DNA of 64,000 nucleotides from a virus. The notes under the pieces are model-generated. The model saw only the letters and a program-made list of their open reading frames with translations, did no database searches and was not told the origin of the DNA. The position numbers and the translations under genes are program-made. Shown here piece by piece: positions 48,740 through 59,231 of this stretch. The stretch's first letter is position 1. Every line of letters begins with the position of its first letter. The stretch lies in IMG/VR virus record IMGVR_UViG_3300042465_006864, positions 69,832 through 133,831 of that record; one strand, given 5' to 3'.

Positions 48740-49776
48740 AAAAAGTAATCATAACAGGAGTAACGGGTCAGGATGGCAGCTTTATGGCTGACTATCTGCT
48801 TAAAAATACAGACCATACAATCATCGCTGGCGCACGTAGATTAAGCGTGACTAACCACAAAAACATCAAACATCTCAAAAACAATCCGCGATTTAAACTG
48901 ATTGATTTGGATATTACTGATTCGCAAAATGTCGAAGATGTAATTCGTAAAGAGCAGCCAGATTACTTCATTAACTTTGCCGCAAATTCTTTTGTCGGCA
49001 ATAGTTGGACAATGCCAGTTAATCACATGAATACGAATTGTATGGCTGTGATTTATCAGCTCGAAGCTATTCGTAAATTCGCACCTCATTGTCGATATTA
49101 CAATGCTGGTTCGTCTGAAGAGTTTGGTGATGTTGTGACAGCTCCGCAGTCTGAGGAACATCCGCTTCGCCCACGCAGTCCATATGGAGCAGCAAAAGCT
49201 GCTGCTAGACATTTGGTCAAAGTCTATCGTGAATCTTACAGCATTTACGCTGTTCAAGGATGGCTCTTCAATCACGAAGGAACTCGTCGCGGCGAAGAAT
49301 TCGTTACTCGTAAAATTACCAAAGCCGTGGCTCGCATTAAGCAAGCGATTGATCGAGAAGAAGCGTACGATCTTTTAGAACTTGGAAATATCGAATCTAA
49401 AAGAGATTGGTCAGATGCTGAAGATTTTGTAGAAGGTGTGTGGCTTATGCTTAATCAACAACAACCACGCGAATATGTCTTGTCCTCCAATGAAACGCAC
49501 ACAATTCGCGAATTCGTTGAACTTGCATTTGAAGCAGCTGGAATTCAAGGCTATTGGCTGGGGTCGGGGATAAATGAAATTTTCTTGCAAAAAGAAACGG
49601 AAAGAGTTCTTATGGTAATTAATGAAAAATTCTATCGACCAGCAGAGGTTGAGCTTCTTCTTGGTGATTCGACAAAGGCTCGCCAAGAGCTTGGATGGAA
49701 GCCAAAAACTTCTTTCAAAAATTTAATTGACAAGATGGTTTTTTGGGACATAATGTTGCTGGATGGCAAAGAGTAA
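48736..49776 (+). CDS. gmd: GDP-mannose 4,6-dehydratase
   Basis: TGVTGQDGS, PRSPYGAAK, FVTRKIT, YRPAEV. Confidence 0.95.
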   Translation: MKKVIITGVTGQDGSFMADYLLKNTDHTIIAGARRLSVTNHKNIKHLKNNPRFKLIDLDITDSQNVEDVIRKEQPDYFINFAANSFVGNSWTMPVNHMNTNCMAVIYQLEAIRKFAPHCRYYNAGSSEEFGDVVTAPQSEEHPLRPRSPYGAAKAAARHLVKVYRESYSIYAVQGWLFNHEGTRRGEEFVTRKITKAVARIKQAIDREEAYDLLELGNIESKRDWSDAEDFVEGVWLMLNQQQPREYVLSSNETHTIREFVELAFEAAGIQGYWLGSGINEIFLQKETERVLMVINEKFYRPAEVELLLGDSTKARQELGWKPKTSFKNLIDKMVFWDIMLLDGKE

Positions 49777-50107
49777 AATAAACAAAAAACACATACTCGC
49801 AAGACTCACGCTTGTCCCCACAAAGGATAAGCGTTTGTTTTATATGCGAGAAATGAAGATACTTAATGACTTATGCGACAGATATTCGCTTGAGTTTATG
49901 AATGCCGTTTCTTTTGATAAACAGTTTGACTCTCTGGCTTATTTAGTCTGCGACAAACTTCAAGAGACAATGGATAAAAAGTTTCGCGCATTCAATTTTA
50001 AGGTTGACTTATCTAAGTATCCCAATTACGATATAGGCGAGAAGGTTGGCGAAGATGCCAAGATAGACAAAAAAATAAAATCATTAAAGAACTTTTTAGA
50101 TGGCTAA
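49763..50107 (+). CDS. Hypothetical protein
   Basis: TTGACA-N17-CATAAT-N8-ATG promoter. Confidence 0.7.
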   Translation: MAKSKINKKHILARLTLVPTKDKRLFYMREMKILNDLCDRYSLEFMNAVSFDKQFDSLAYLVCDKLQETMDKKFRAFNFKVDLSKYPNYDIGEKVGEDAKIDKKIKSLKNFLDG

Positions 50108-51242
50108 AATTAAACAAGATAAAGATAAAGAAGTATTAAAGTCAAGCTCAGTGCTAGGCTCATTCTTAAAACAGAATTCCGAAGATCACTACAACTTTGA
50201 GGATGAAATTGATTACAAAGTTTCTAGCAGTTCTTTGCAACTAGACTTGAGACTCGGTGGAGGTTTGTGTCCAGGTTTGCATAGATTTTGCGGAATGAAT
50301 GAAGGAGGCAAGACAAGCGCTGCGCTCGCGTTTATGAAAAACTTTTTGGCAACCGTTCCAAATTCAAAAGGATTCTACATCAAAGCAGAGGGTCGTTTGT
50401 CTAAGGAAATGAGAGAAAGATCAGGTATCAAATTTGTTTTCAAGCCAGAAGAATGGGAAGCTGGAACATGCTTTGTATTTGAAAGTAATATTTATGAGAC
50501 TGTTGTCGCGGCAATGCGCGAACTCGTTACCAAAAACGAAGAAGACAATCGCTACTATTTCTTGCTTGATTCTGTCGATGGACTAATCACAAAGGGAGAC
50601 TTAGATAAAGACTTCGAAGACTCAAACAAAGTAGCTGGTGGCGCTGTGATTGCCGCAAACTTTATGAAGCGTCTTTCGATTGCTCTTGCCAAGAGAGGTC
50701 ATATGGCAGTATTCATTAGTCAAGTTCGCGCTGATATTAAGCTCGATCCATATTCCAAAGCTCCAGTGCGCCAAACAACTGCCACAGGCGGAAACGCTCT
50801 GCTGCACTTTGCGAATTTCATTCTTGAGTTCGAGCCGCGATATAAAGGAGATTTAATTCTTAAAAATCCTTCCGATAAGACAATTGATCCTGTTAACAAT
50901 CCAATCATTGGTCACTTCGCTAAAGTAACAGTGAAAAAATCGCCTAATGAAAAAACCAACCTCACTATTTCTTATCCAATTAAATATGGTCGCACAAATG
51001 GCAATTCTGTATGGATTGAAAAAGAAATTGTTGATTTGCTTTTGCTGTGGGAGTTTCTTGGCAAGGGTGGCGCTTGGTATACAGCAACAGAAGAATTTGA
51101 AGAACTTCTCGCGGAAAATTCTCTTCCAGCATTTGGCAAAGTACAAGGGCTAGAATCAGTATTTAACAAAATCGAACAAGACCCACAACTCAGCAAATTC
51201 CTTGTTGGATATTTCAAGAAAGCAATTTGCAATGAAGTTTAA
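50100..51242 (+). CDS. recA: RecA/UvsX-like recombinase
   Basis: LDLRLGGG, GMNEGGKT, LDSV, ISQVR, TGGNAL, GGAWY. Confidence 0.85.
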   Translation: MAKIKQDKDKEVLKSSSVLGSFLKQNSEDHYNFEDEIDYKVSSSSLQLDLRLGGGLCPGLHRFCGMNEGGKTSAALAFMKNFLATVPNSKGFYIKAEGRLSKEMRERSGIKFVFKPEEWEAGTCFVFESNIYETVVAAMRELVTKNEEDNRYYFLLDSVDGLITKGDLDKDFEDSNKVAGGAVIAANFMKRLSIALAKRGHMAVFISQVRADIKLDPYSKAPVRQTTATGGNALLHFANFILEFEPRYKGDLILKNPSDKTIDPVNNPIIGHFAKVTVKKSPNEKTNLTISYPIKYGRTNGNSVWIEKEIVDLLLLWEFLGKGGAWYTATEEFEELLAENSLPAFGKVQGLESVFNKIEQDPQLSKFLVGYFKKAICNEV

Positions 51243-51639
51243 AACAATCAACGGCTCTGTCGCTGAGCTTAAAAATGCTAAAAGATATTTAATCAAATGG
51301 AGAGGCAAGAGTCGCAGCAAGTTTCAGCTCTCAGTAAAAGAATTTCTTTTTCCCTATTGGAAGAATGACATTGTATTCGAAGAGTTCAAACTTGTCGGCA
51401 CTCGCCTTTCTTTTGATTTCTACAACGCTAACAAAAAAATTGCCATCGAAGTTCAGGGTGGTCAACATACAAAATATGTTGAGTTCTTTCATGGCAATCG
51501 TTTTCAATATCTCCAGCAATTAAAAAGAGATGAAAAGAAATTACAATTCTGCGAAGTCAACGGAATCACCCTCGTTGAAATCTACCCAAAGGATAAAATC
51601 GACGAAGAGCTTTTTTCATCATTTGGCGTAATTTTGTGA
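51232..51639 (+). CDS. Vsr/DUF559-like endonuclease
   Basis: FDFY...IAIEVQGGQH...RDEKK. Confidence 0.75.
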   Translation: MKFKTINGSVAELKNAKRYLIKWRGKSRSKFQLSVKEFLFPYWKNDIVFEEFKLVGTRLSFDFYNANKKIAIEVQGGQHTKYVEFFHGNRFQYLQQLKRDEKKLQFCEVNGITLVEIYPKDKIDEELFSSFGVIL

Positions 51640-51675
51640 TTGACAACGGTAAAAAAAGTCTTATCTTCAACTCAG

Positions 51676-53184
51676 ATGATCTACAACTTAGAACTAGAAA
51701 AACAACTACTAGCAGCATTAATCAAAGAACCAGAAAGCTATTGTGAGATTTCCAATTTCATTAGCCACAAGGATTTCTACAGCGAAGATTCGGGGCTTCA
51801 TAGTTCAATCTTTACAGTAATCAAACAAGCAATTGACGCTGGCGATCAGATTGATGAAGTTATCGTTGCACAGCGAGTGTCAACACTCGGATTATCTTTC
51901 GAAGATAGACTCAATCCTGCTGATTACATTCGCTCGCTTGCCATGCGCAAAGTTCCGCACGGTAATCTAATCAAGACAGCCAAAGAACTCAAGAAGTTTA
52001 CTATTCGTAGAGAGATATATGAATCTTCTCAAGAGATTGCTCGCAAGATGAAGTCTATTGCTCCAGAGTCGAGCTATAGTCAAATCATTGGGGCAGCAGA
52101 TGATTCTTATAATTCTCGTATCAATCTTTATGAGATTGGAAACGATACACCAGAAAATATCTATGATGAAATGGAAGCATTGATTGAAGAGCGAGGCAAC
52201 AATCCTATCACCGAATTCGGCATGATGGGTCCTCATGAAAAAATCAATGAAATCTATGGATCATTGCTAAGACCTGGAAACATCACAGTTATTGTTGCGC
52301 GATCTGGCGTAGGAAAGACTCAGTGGTGCATGGACTACTCTACAAAAGTTTCCATGAAATATAATGTTCCTGTATTGCACTTTGATAATGGTGAGATGAG
52401 TAAAGAAGAACTTATCATGCGTCAATGCGCTGCTATTTCTGGAGTTCAAATGCATCTTCTTGAAACAGGAAACTGGAGAAAAGCTGGAGCAGATGTAGTC
52501 GCAAAAGTTCGTGCTACTTGGGCAAAAGTAAAAGACCTAAAGTTTTATTACTACAATGTCGGCGGCATGGATGTAGACTCGATGATCAAAGTTCTCAAGC
52601 GATTTTACTATGGCAAAGTTGGTCGTGGCAATCAAATGATCTTCTCATTTGACTATATCAAAACGACTTCTGAATCTGGCGGCGGCAAGAATGAATGGCA
52701 AGTAGTTGGCGAAATGGTTGACAAATTCAAGAAGTGCATTCAGAAAGAAATCCTTCATGAAGGTGATCCTATCATTCCAATGATTACTTCTGTGCAATCC
52801 AACAGAAGTGGTATTACCAATAACCGTCAATCAGCAAACATCGTTGATGACGAAAGTATCGTATCGTTGTCAGACCGAATCACACAATTCTGCTCTCACA
52901 TGTTTATTCTTCGTAATAAAACTGCTGATGAAATTGAAACAGAGGGACGGAATTTTGGCACTCATAAAATTATCAATGTCAAAGCTCGACACCTTGGCAA
53001 AGATATTGCTGGCGCTGTTGAACCAGTTCGCATTGGAGACAACTTGCGCAAGAACTTTATCAATCTTGAGTTCCATAATTTCTGCATCACCGAAAAAGGA
53101 GACCTTCGCGACATTGCTCGCGTAATGGAAGGTGGCGCAGACTTAGAAGACAATGAATCAGATGACATCCCAGACTTCAATTGA
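51676..53184 (+). CDS. dnaB: Replicative DNA helicase
   Basis: ARSGVGKT, GEMS, FDYIK, QSNR; start moved to MIYN after the TTGACA...TATCTT promoter. Confidence 0.9.
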   Translation: MIYNLELEKQLLAALIKEPESYCEISNFISHKDFYSEDSGLHSSIFTVIKQAIDAGDQIDEVIVAQRVSTLGLSFEDRLNPADYIRSLAMRKVPHGNLIKTAKELKKFTIRREIYESSQEIARKMKSIAPESSYSQIIGAADDSYNSRINLYEIGNDTPENIYDEMEALIEERGNNPITEFGMMGPHEKINEIYGSLLRPGNITVIVARSGVGKTQWCMDYSTKVSMKYNVPVLHFDNGEMSKEELIMRQCAAISGVQMHLLETGNWRKAGADVVAKVRATWAKVKDLKFYYYNVGGMDVDSMIKVLKRFYYGKVGRGNQMIFSFDYIKTTSESGGGKNEWQVVGEMVDKFKKCIQKEILHEGDPIIPMITSVQSNRSGITNNRQSANIVDDESIVSLSDRITQFCSHMFILRNKTADEIETEGRNFGTHKIINVKARHLGKDIAGAVEPVRIGDNLRKNFINLEFHNFCITEKGDLRDIARVMEGGADLEDNESDDIPDFN

Positions 53185-54223
53185 TCCTATCCACATCAAG
53201 CCTACCCTTGAAAAAATAGGGTATCGCTTGATTGATTGCGGAAATCATTGGCGCACAAAAGCTTTATATCGAGGCGGCGACAATGAAACTGCCATTTGTG
53301 TTTACAAAAACACTGGAGTATGGACTGACTATGCTCAAGGCAGTCAGAAGTTTCCCTTTGAGAGACTAATCAAATTGACTTTTGGCTCTGACCAACAAGC
53401 TATTAAAAACATTTTATCTTCTATCAATAAGTCTGAAGAATACGTATATACTGAAAAACAAACAATCGAAATGGACCAAATCTACCCTGAATCAATGCTG
53501 AACAATCTGTTCCCCAATTTCTCTTTTTACAAGAAGAAAGGATTGTCAGATGATACTCTCAACTTTTACAAAACTGGACTTGCTCAATCTGGCAAGATGT
53601 ATCGACGCATGGTATTTCCAATCTATAACGAACATAAACAAATCATTGGCTTTAGCGGTAGAAAAATAGACGATAGTAATGACAAAATTCCCAAGTGGAA
53701 ACATCTCGGCAAAAGAAAGAATTGGATTTATCCAGCATATATTCCCGCAGAAGAAACTGTCGATTCTATCATTCGCAAAACAGGAGAAGTTGTAATTGTT
53801 GAAAGCATAGGCGACAGCATGGCTCTTTTTGAATCTGGTATCAAAAACAATCTAGTATCTTTTGGACTCGGCTGTCAGTCTATCATGCTATCGTATCTCA
53901 GCTCTTTTCCTGTAAAGAGAATTGTCATCGCTGGCAACAATGACTTAGATGGCGAAAATCACGGCTATCTTGGATGTGTCAAAACATTGTTGAATCTTTT
54001 GCCGTATTTTGATTTTAATTGTATTGAGATTAATCTGCCTCCACAATCTCATAATGACTTCTCTGATGCATTTAATTCTGGAGTCGATCTAAAAAAATGG
54101 TATAATACTCCTGTAGACCGTTCTCAATTCATCAAGGAATTGATTACTTTTGTAGCCGCAAATAAGCAGAAATTTAAAGAAAAAGACCTGTCTATGCTAA
54201 GAAAAGTATTAAAATCCGTATGA
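53153..54223 (+). CDS. dnaG: DNA primase (TOPRIM)
   Basis: RMVFPI...GFSGR, PKWKH, VESIGD. Confidence 0.8.
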   Translation: MNQMTSQTSIDPIHIKPTLEKIGYRLIDCGNHWRTKALYRGGDNETAICVYKNTGVWTDYAQGSQKFPFERLIKLTFGSDQQAIKNILSSINKSEEYVYTEKQTIEMDQIYPESMLNNLFPNFSFYKKKGLSDDTLNFYKTGLAQSGKMYRRMVFPIYNEHKQIIGFSGRKIDDSNDKIPKWKHLGKRKNWIYPAYIPAEETVDSIIRKTGEVVIVESIGDSMALFESGIKNNLVSFGLGCQSIMLSYLSSFPVKRIVIAGNNDLDGENHGYLGCVKTLLNLLPYFDFNCIEINLPPQSHNDFSDAFNSGVDLKKWYNTPVDRSQFIKELITFVAANKQKFKEKDLSMLRKVLKSV

Positions 54224-55236
54224 GTGAACCAAAGAATTCGTTATCTGCTAGTCGTATCAAAACTCTCCAGTCTTGTAGCTGGATGTATTATGCTAAGTAC
54301 GTTATTGGCATCCCAGACAAATCAAATGATGGCGCAAATCGCGGCACTATTTGTCACTTGATATTTGAAGTTCTTGGTGAATCTCGTAGAAAGAAGATCT
54401 ATGATAAAATCATTAAAAAACAAGATGTTTTTTCGGTAAAGTCTATCGAGAAACTAATTTTCAAACACGCTAAACGTCTTGGTGTCGATGACGACGATAA
54501 CATCGAGTTGATTAAAAAAATGACACTCAATGGACTGATGTATGATTTCTTTGGTCTATCCGCTGGAAAACCAGCGCTAGCAGTCTCAGAGCAGGATTTC
54601 GATATTGTTGTTAATGACGGCAAATTCAAATACAAAATCAAAGGATTCATTGACAAATTGTTTCTCTACAAGAAGCAAAAGTTTGCGCTAATTCGAGATT
54701 TCAAAACTAGCCGCGAAACTTTCAAAGGCAAAGAAGTCAAAGACAATTTGCAGGATTACATGTATAGTCTTGCTGTAAAACATTTGTTCCCCGAATATTC
54801 AGATAGGGCAAGCGAGTTTCTATTTTTAAAATTTGAATTAGACGACTCTAAGAATTCAGGCATCATTCGCATGGCTCCAATCACTGATGATGACCTAGAA
54901 GGTTTTGAGTATCAACTGACAGCCATTCAAGAATACCTTGACAATTTCTCCGAAGAGGATGCTTATTCTAACTTTGCATCCAAACAACCTTTCCCGAAAG
55001 ATAAAACTTTCAGTGGACCACTACAATGTGGATTTGCCAAATATCCAGGGCAACTAAAGATTGATGGAACTCCCATGTGGGCATGTTCCTGTAAATGGGC
55101 TTTCGATTATTTCTCCACTGTAGATGAAAATGGAAAGCAATTAAAATCATATTTTAATGAATCAGACATTCCAGAAGGACAAAAATATGAGAAGCGTCAT
55201 TATGCTGGTTGTCCTACACACCAAAAAAAGTCTTGA
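54220..55236 (+). CDS. PD-(D/E)xK RecB-like exonuclease
   Basis: LSASRI...C, RGTICH, GFIDKL, RDFKT. Confidence 0.85.
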   Translation: MSEPKNSLSASRIKTLQSCSWMYYAKYVIGIPDKSNDGANRGTICHLIFEVLGESRRKKIYDKIIKKQDVFSVKSIEKLIFKHAKRLGVDDDDNIELIKKMTLNGLMYDFFGLSAGKPALAVSEQDFDIVVNDGKFKYKIKGFIDKLFLYKKQKFALIRDFKTSRETFKGKEVKDNLQDYMYSLAVKHLFPEYSDRASEFLFLKFELDDSKNSGIIRMAPITDDDLEGFEYQLTAIQEYLDNFSEEDAYSNFASKQPFPKDKTFSGPLQCGFAKYPGQLKIDGTPMWACSCKWAFDYFSTVDENGKQLKSYFNESDIPEGQKYEKRHYAGCPTHQKKS

Positions 55237-55265
55237 CATCGTGAAGAGGATGTATTATTCTCTTC

Positions 55266-56036
55266 TTGATGATTCCTATATTTACATCTCACTTCTCGAT
55301 AGGCAAGTCGATTCTCACGCTACAGCACCCCGACAAAGAAACTTCGGATGGTTCTGATAGCATTTTCTCAATCGCTAAAGAAAGCGGTTTAAAGAACCTT
55401 TTCTTAGTTGAGGAATCAATGACTGGATTCTTTGAAGCCTTTAGAATCTCTAAAGAGCTGGGTATTCAATTGCACTTCGGCTATAAATTCGTATGCTGCA
55501 ATTCTGATGCCAATGCCAAGTCTAATCACAAGCTCATTGCCTTTGCTAAAAACGATGCTGGTTGCAAAGCTTTGAATCAGTTGTATTCTTTTATCAATAC
55601 AAGTCAAAAGGGTGCTATCTCTAATGACGATTTAATCTCTCATTGGAGCGATGATCTTATGCTAGCTGTTCCCTTTTACGACTCATTTATTTTTAATAAT
55701 CAAATGATTATGGGCAACTGCATTCCAAATATCGCACCGCTTAATCCAGTCTTTTTCATCGAATCTAATGGACTGCCATTTGATGAACTTATCAAGAAAG
55801 CTGTGCATCGTTATGCGCGAGATACTATGCCAGATGCATCAATTCAGTTGGTGCAATCTATTTTCTATAAGTATAAATCTGATTGCGATGCCTTTCAGAC
55901 ATACAAGATTCTCAGTGACCGCAAATTCGGCAAACAAGCCACATTATCCTGCCCGAACTTGGAACACTTTGGCAGCGATGAATTCTGCTGGGAGCAATAT
56001 GAACAAAAACTTAAAACAATAATGAACCGACCATGA
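55266..56036 (+). CDS. Stand-alone PHP domain of DNA Pol III alpha
   Basis: FTSHFSIGKS, FAKNDAGCKAL. Confidence 0.75.
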   Translation: MMIPIFTSHFSIGKSILTLQHPDKETSDGSDSIFSIAKESGLKNLFLVEESMTGFFEAFRISKELGIQLHFGYKFVCCNSDANAKSNHKLIAFAKNDAGCKALNQLYSFINTSQKGAISNDDLISHWSDDLMLAVPFYDSFIFNNQMIMGNCIPNIAPLNPVFFIESNGLPFDELIKKAVHRYARDTMPDASIQLVQSIFYKYKSDCDAFQTYKILSDRKFGKQATLSCPNLEHFGSDEFCWEQYEQKLKTIMNRP

Positions 56037-56662
56037 ACGACCTACTTAGATTTAAAAAAGATCAAAACTACATAGTTTTAGATACGGAGACGGAGGGATT
56101 GAATCTTGTCTCTTCCAGACCATGGCAAGCTTCATGGATTGTGTGTCGCGGCAATACAGTAATCTCCAAGCATGATCATTTTATTCATTGGGATAATATC
56201 AATGTGTCTCCCGATGCTGCTAGAATTACAGGCTTCGATAAAGACCACTATTACTCAAAATCTGAACATCCTATTCAAGTATTTGAAAAACTTTCCAAGT
56301 ATCTTTATGATCCATCGTTTTTGGTTATCGGGCAGAACTTCCTAGGCTTTGATGTTTACATGATTAACGTCTGGCGCAAAATGATTGGCATGGATAGCGA
56401 TCACTCTTATGTCAAAAGACTCATTGACACAAAATCAATATCCACTGCTATATTCAAGAACATCTTGCCCGACAAAGAAAATTTCTTATCATGGCAATAT
56501 AAGATGTTGCATATTCGCGAAAAGGGTTTAAAAACCAGTCAAGCATTCATGCTTAAATACTACGACATTCCTCATGACCCTAAAAAACTTCACGATAGCC
56601 TCTACGATGTAGAGATGACATTCGAAATCTTCAAAAAACAAATTTTTAATATTGATCTATGA
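56033..56662 (+). CDS. DEDDh 3'-5' exonuclease (DnaQ-like)
   Basis: LDTETEG, NFLGFD, HDSLYDV. Confidence 0.88.
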   Translation: MNDLLRFKKDQNYIVLDTETEGLNLVSSRPWQASWIVCRGNTVISKHDHFIHWDNINVSPDAARITGFDKDHYYSKSEHPIQVFEKLSKYLYDPSFLVIGQNFLGFDVYMINVWRKMIGMDSDHSYVKRLIDTKSISTAIFKNILPDKENFLSWQYKMLHIREKGLKTSQAFMLKYYDIPHDPKKLHDSLYDVEMTFEIFKKQIFNIDL

Positions 56663-59217
56663 TTGAAAAATTCTCACATTACGAATCCCCATTTCCAGCA
56701 GGGGTAAAACTTCCTAAAATTCAAATCGAAAAACGCTACTATCAAGAGCTTGGAATCTCTGATAACATTTCCAACTTTGAATTCTTACGCCGCATTTGTT
56801 TCGAGGGTGTAAAAAAACGTGGCATTTTAGAGTTTGCAAACAAAGAGAAATACTTTGAGCGACTCAAAATGGAATTATCTGTCTTCGAAGACTTAGGCTT
56901 TATTGATTATGTTCTATTGAATTGGGACATTATTAACTTCTGTCACGAAACAGGTATTCCTACAGGCGCGGGTCGTGGCTCAGCTCCTGGAAGTTTGGTG
57001 TTGTATGCTATCGGCGTGACTAACATTGACCCAATCAAACATGACCTATTCTTCGAGCGATTCGTATCTAAGAGCCGTGCGCGAAAAATTGAACACAATG
57101 GAGAAATCTTTTTGGACGGTTCGCTACTGTGCGATGTTGACAACGACATTAGCTACGATAGACGACAAGAAGTGCTAGATTATATTAATAAAAAATATGC
57201 TGGCAAAACTTCCAAGATTCTTACCCTGAATACTCTAAGCAGTAAACTATGCATCAAAGAGTGCGGCAAGATCGTTGGCGAGATGTCGGAGTCAGAAGTT
57301 AATATCATTAGTGATTCAATCCCTAAAAAGTTTGGCAAGGTGGCAAAGCTTGGCGTAGCGTATGAAGAAAGTGAAGTCTTCAAAGAATTCGCCAATCATA
57401 ATAAGCGCATCTATCGCATTTCCAAAAAGATCGAAGGTCTTAATAAGAATGTCGGCGTACATCCATCTGGCATTGCTATTAGCTACTATCCACTAGAAGA
57501 GATTATGCCTGTCCAGAATACTGGTGAAGAAGCATTAGTTTCGGGGTATGATATGAACAACGTAGCAGAGCTGATGGTTAAGTTCGATATTCTTGGTCTG
57601 CGCACACTGTCGGTAGTTAATGACGTTTGCCAACAAATCGGCATCAAAGCTCACGAAATTGATGTAGAACATCCATCTATTTATGCAGCACTACAAACAC
57701 TGCAAGCGCCTAAAGGTCTCTTTCAGATTGAAGCTGATACCAACTTCAAAGTCGCACAGAAAGTCGCGCCACGTAACCTAGAGCAGCTTTCTGCCGTAGT
57801 TGCTATCGCAAGACCTGGAGCATTAGACTTTTTGGACAGATACGCAGAATACGTAAGAACAGGAGATTCGCAATCTATCCATCCGTTCTTCGATGATGTT
57901 CTCTCATACACAGGCAACATTCCTTTGTTTCAAGAACAGTTGATGAAGATGGCTGTAAAGGTTGGATTCAATCTTGACGAATCAGAACAATTGCGTCGAA
58001 TCGTTGGCAAGAAAAAAGTCGATAAAATGGCAGAGTGGAAAGACAAGATCGCTCAAAAAATCCAAGAGAATAATCTTGATCCTGTCATTGGAGATATTCT
58101 ATGGAAGGTTGCCGAAGACTCTGCAAATTACTCTTTCAACAAGTCTCACTCCATGGCTTATGCATATCTTGCAGCAACAACTGTATATCTCAAATTCAAC
58201 TATCCCCAACAGTTTTTCTTGAGTCTTTTGAAGTTTGCGCAATTCGAGCCAAGTCCTCATGAAGAAATCCTCAAGATTTCCCAAGAGCTTTCATCGTTTG
58301 GCATTGAGCTTTTGCCTCCTAGTTTGACTAAATCCGAAATTGACTTTTCCATTGAAGGCAAAGATATTCGTTATGGTTTGAATACAATCAAAGGCGTTTC
58401 TACAAAGTCCTTAGAAGCACTGCTAGAGTTTCGCCAAGGAGCATTTGACAACAAGTATGAGGTATTTATGGCGGCAAAACAAGCGGGTGTAAATATCGGC
58501 TTAATGTCTGGACTTGTTCAAGCTGGTTTGCTCGATCATTTCGTTGAGAAAGATCGCTGCCGATTAGTTTTGGAATCGCAAACATTCAACATTCTCACAG
58601 ATAGAGAAAAAAGAAACCTTATTACTTTGGGCGAAAAGTATAATTTTAATCTTTTGGAAAGCATTAGCGACTCTGTAAAAACCAAAGCAGTCGGCGATGA
58701 TAACAAAGCTATCTTTTCTGAAAAGCGTTTTGAAACATTCAAAACAAAATATCAACCCTATAGACAAATTTATGACCAAAACAAACAACACATCAAGTAT
58801 GCTAACTGGTTCTTTGAGAGCAAACTTCTTGGTTACAGCTATTCACAAAACATTCGCGAAGTCTTCAAAGAAGCTAGTCAGTCTCATTTTGTTTCTTCGC
58901 ATGATTTATCTTCAGTCAGTAACAATACCACCGTATGTTCTGTCGGGTTTGTCGTGGATTCCATTTCTAGGACTAGCGCCAACGGAAACAAATATGCTCG
59001 CATTGACATTGCTGATGAACGTGGTAACATTTCAATGCTACTTATGGACAACAGCAGAGAGCCGAAACTTACAAACTTCCTAAGTTCTGGTAAAAAGATT
59101 CCCAAAAAAGGAGAAGTGGTAATTGGTGTTGGTCAAAAAAATAACGACATTATTATGCTTGACAAGCTCGTCCTTTTAGAAGATAAAATCTACATGAAGC
59201 TCTCAGAGCTAAAATAA
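56659..59217 (+). CDS. dnaE: DNA polymerase III alpha catalytic subunit lacking PHP
   Basis: GRGSAPGS, FERF, DVDND, HPSG, KFDILGL, YSFNKSH. Confidence 0.93.
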   Translation: MIEKFSHYESPFPAGVKLPKIQIEKRYYQELGISDNISNFEFLRRICFEGVKKRGILEFANKEKYFERLKMELSVFEDLGFIDYVLLNWDIINFCHETGIPTGAGRGSAPGSLVLYAIGVTNIDPIKHDLFFERFVSKSRARKIEHNGEIFLDGSLLCDVDNDISYDRRQEVLDYINKKYAGKTSKILTLNTLSSKLCIKECGKIVGEMSESEVNIISDSIPKKFGKVAKLGVAYEESEVFKEFANHNKRIYRISKKIEGLNKNVGVHPSGIAISYYPLEEIMPVQNTGEEALVSGYDMNNVAELMVKFDILGLRTLSVVNDVCQQIGIKAHEIDVEHPSIYAALQTLQAPKGLFQIEADTNFKVAQKVAPRNLEQLSAVVAIARPGALDFLDRYAEYVRTGDSQSIHPFFDDVLSYTGNIPLFQEQLMKMAVKVGFNLDESEQLRRIVGKKKVDKMAEWKDKIAQKIQENNLDPVIGDILWKVAEDSANYSFNKSHSMAYAYLAATTVYLKFNYPQQFFLSLLKFAQFEPSPHEEILKISQELSSFGIELLPPSLTKSEIDFSIEGKDIRYGLNTIKGVSTKSLEALLEFRQGAFDNKYEVFMAAKQAGVNIGLMSGLVQAGLLDHFVEKDRCRLVLESQTFNILTDREKRNLITLGEKYNFNLLESISDSVKTKAVGDDNKAIFSEKRFETFKTKYQPYRQIYDQNKQHIKYANWFFESKLLGYSYSQNIREVFKEASQSHFVSSHDLSSVSNNTTVCSVGFVVDSISRTSANGNKYARIDIADERGNISMLLMDNSREPKLTNFLSSGKKIPKKGEVVIGVGQKNNDIIMLDKLVLLEDKIYMKLSELK

Positions 59218-59231
59218 CAGTGTAATCAAAT

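Noticed and set aside
9864-59217. Inteins or introns in TerL, RNR, DnaB, RecA or DnaE
   Set aside because: Sizes are normal or short and no splicing or homing-endonuclease motifs were seen.
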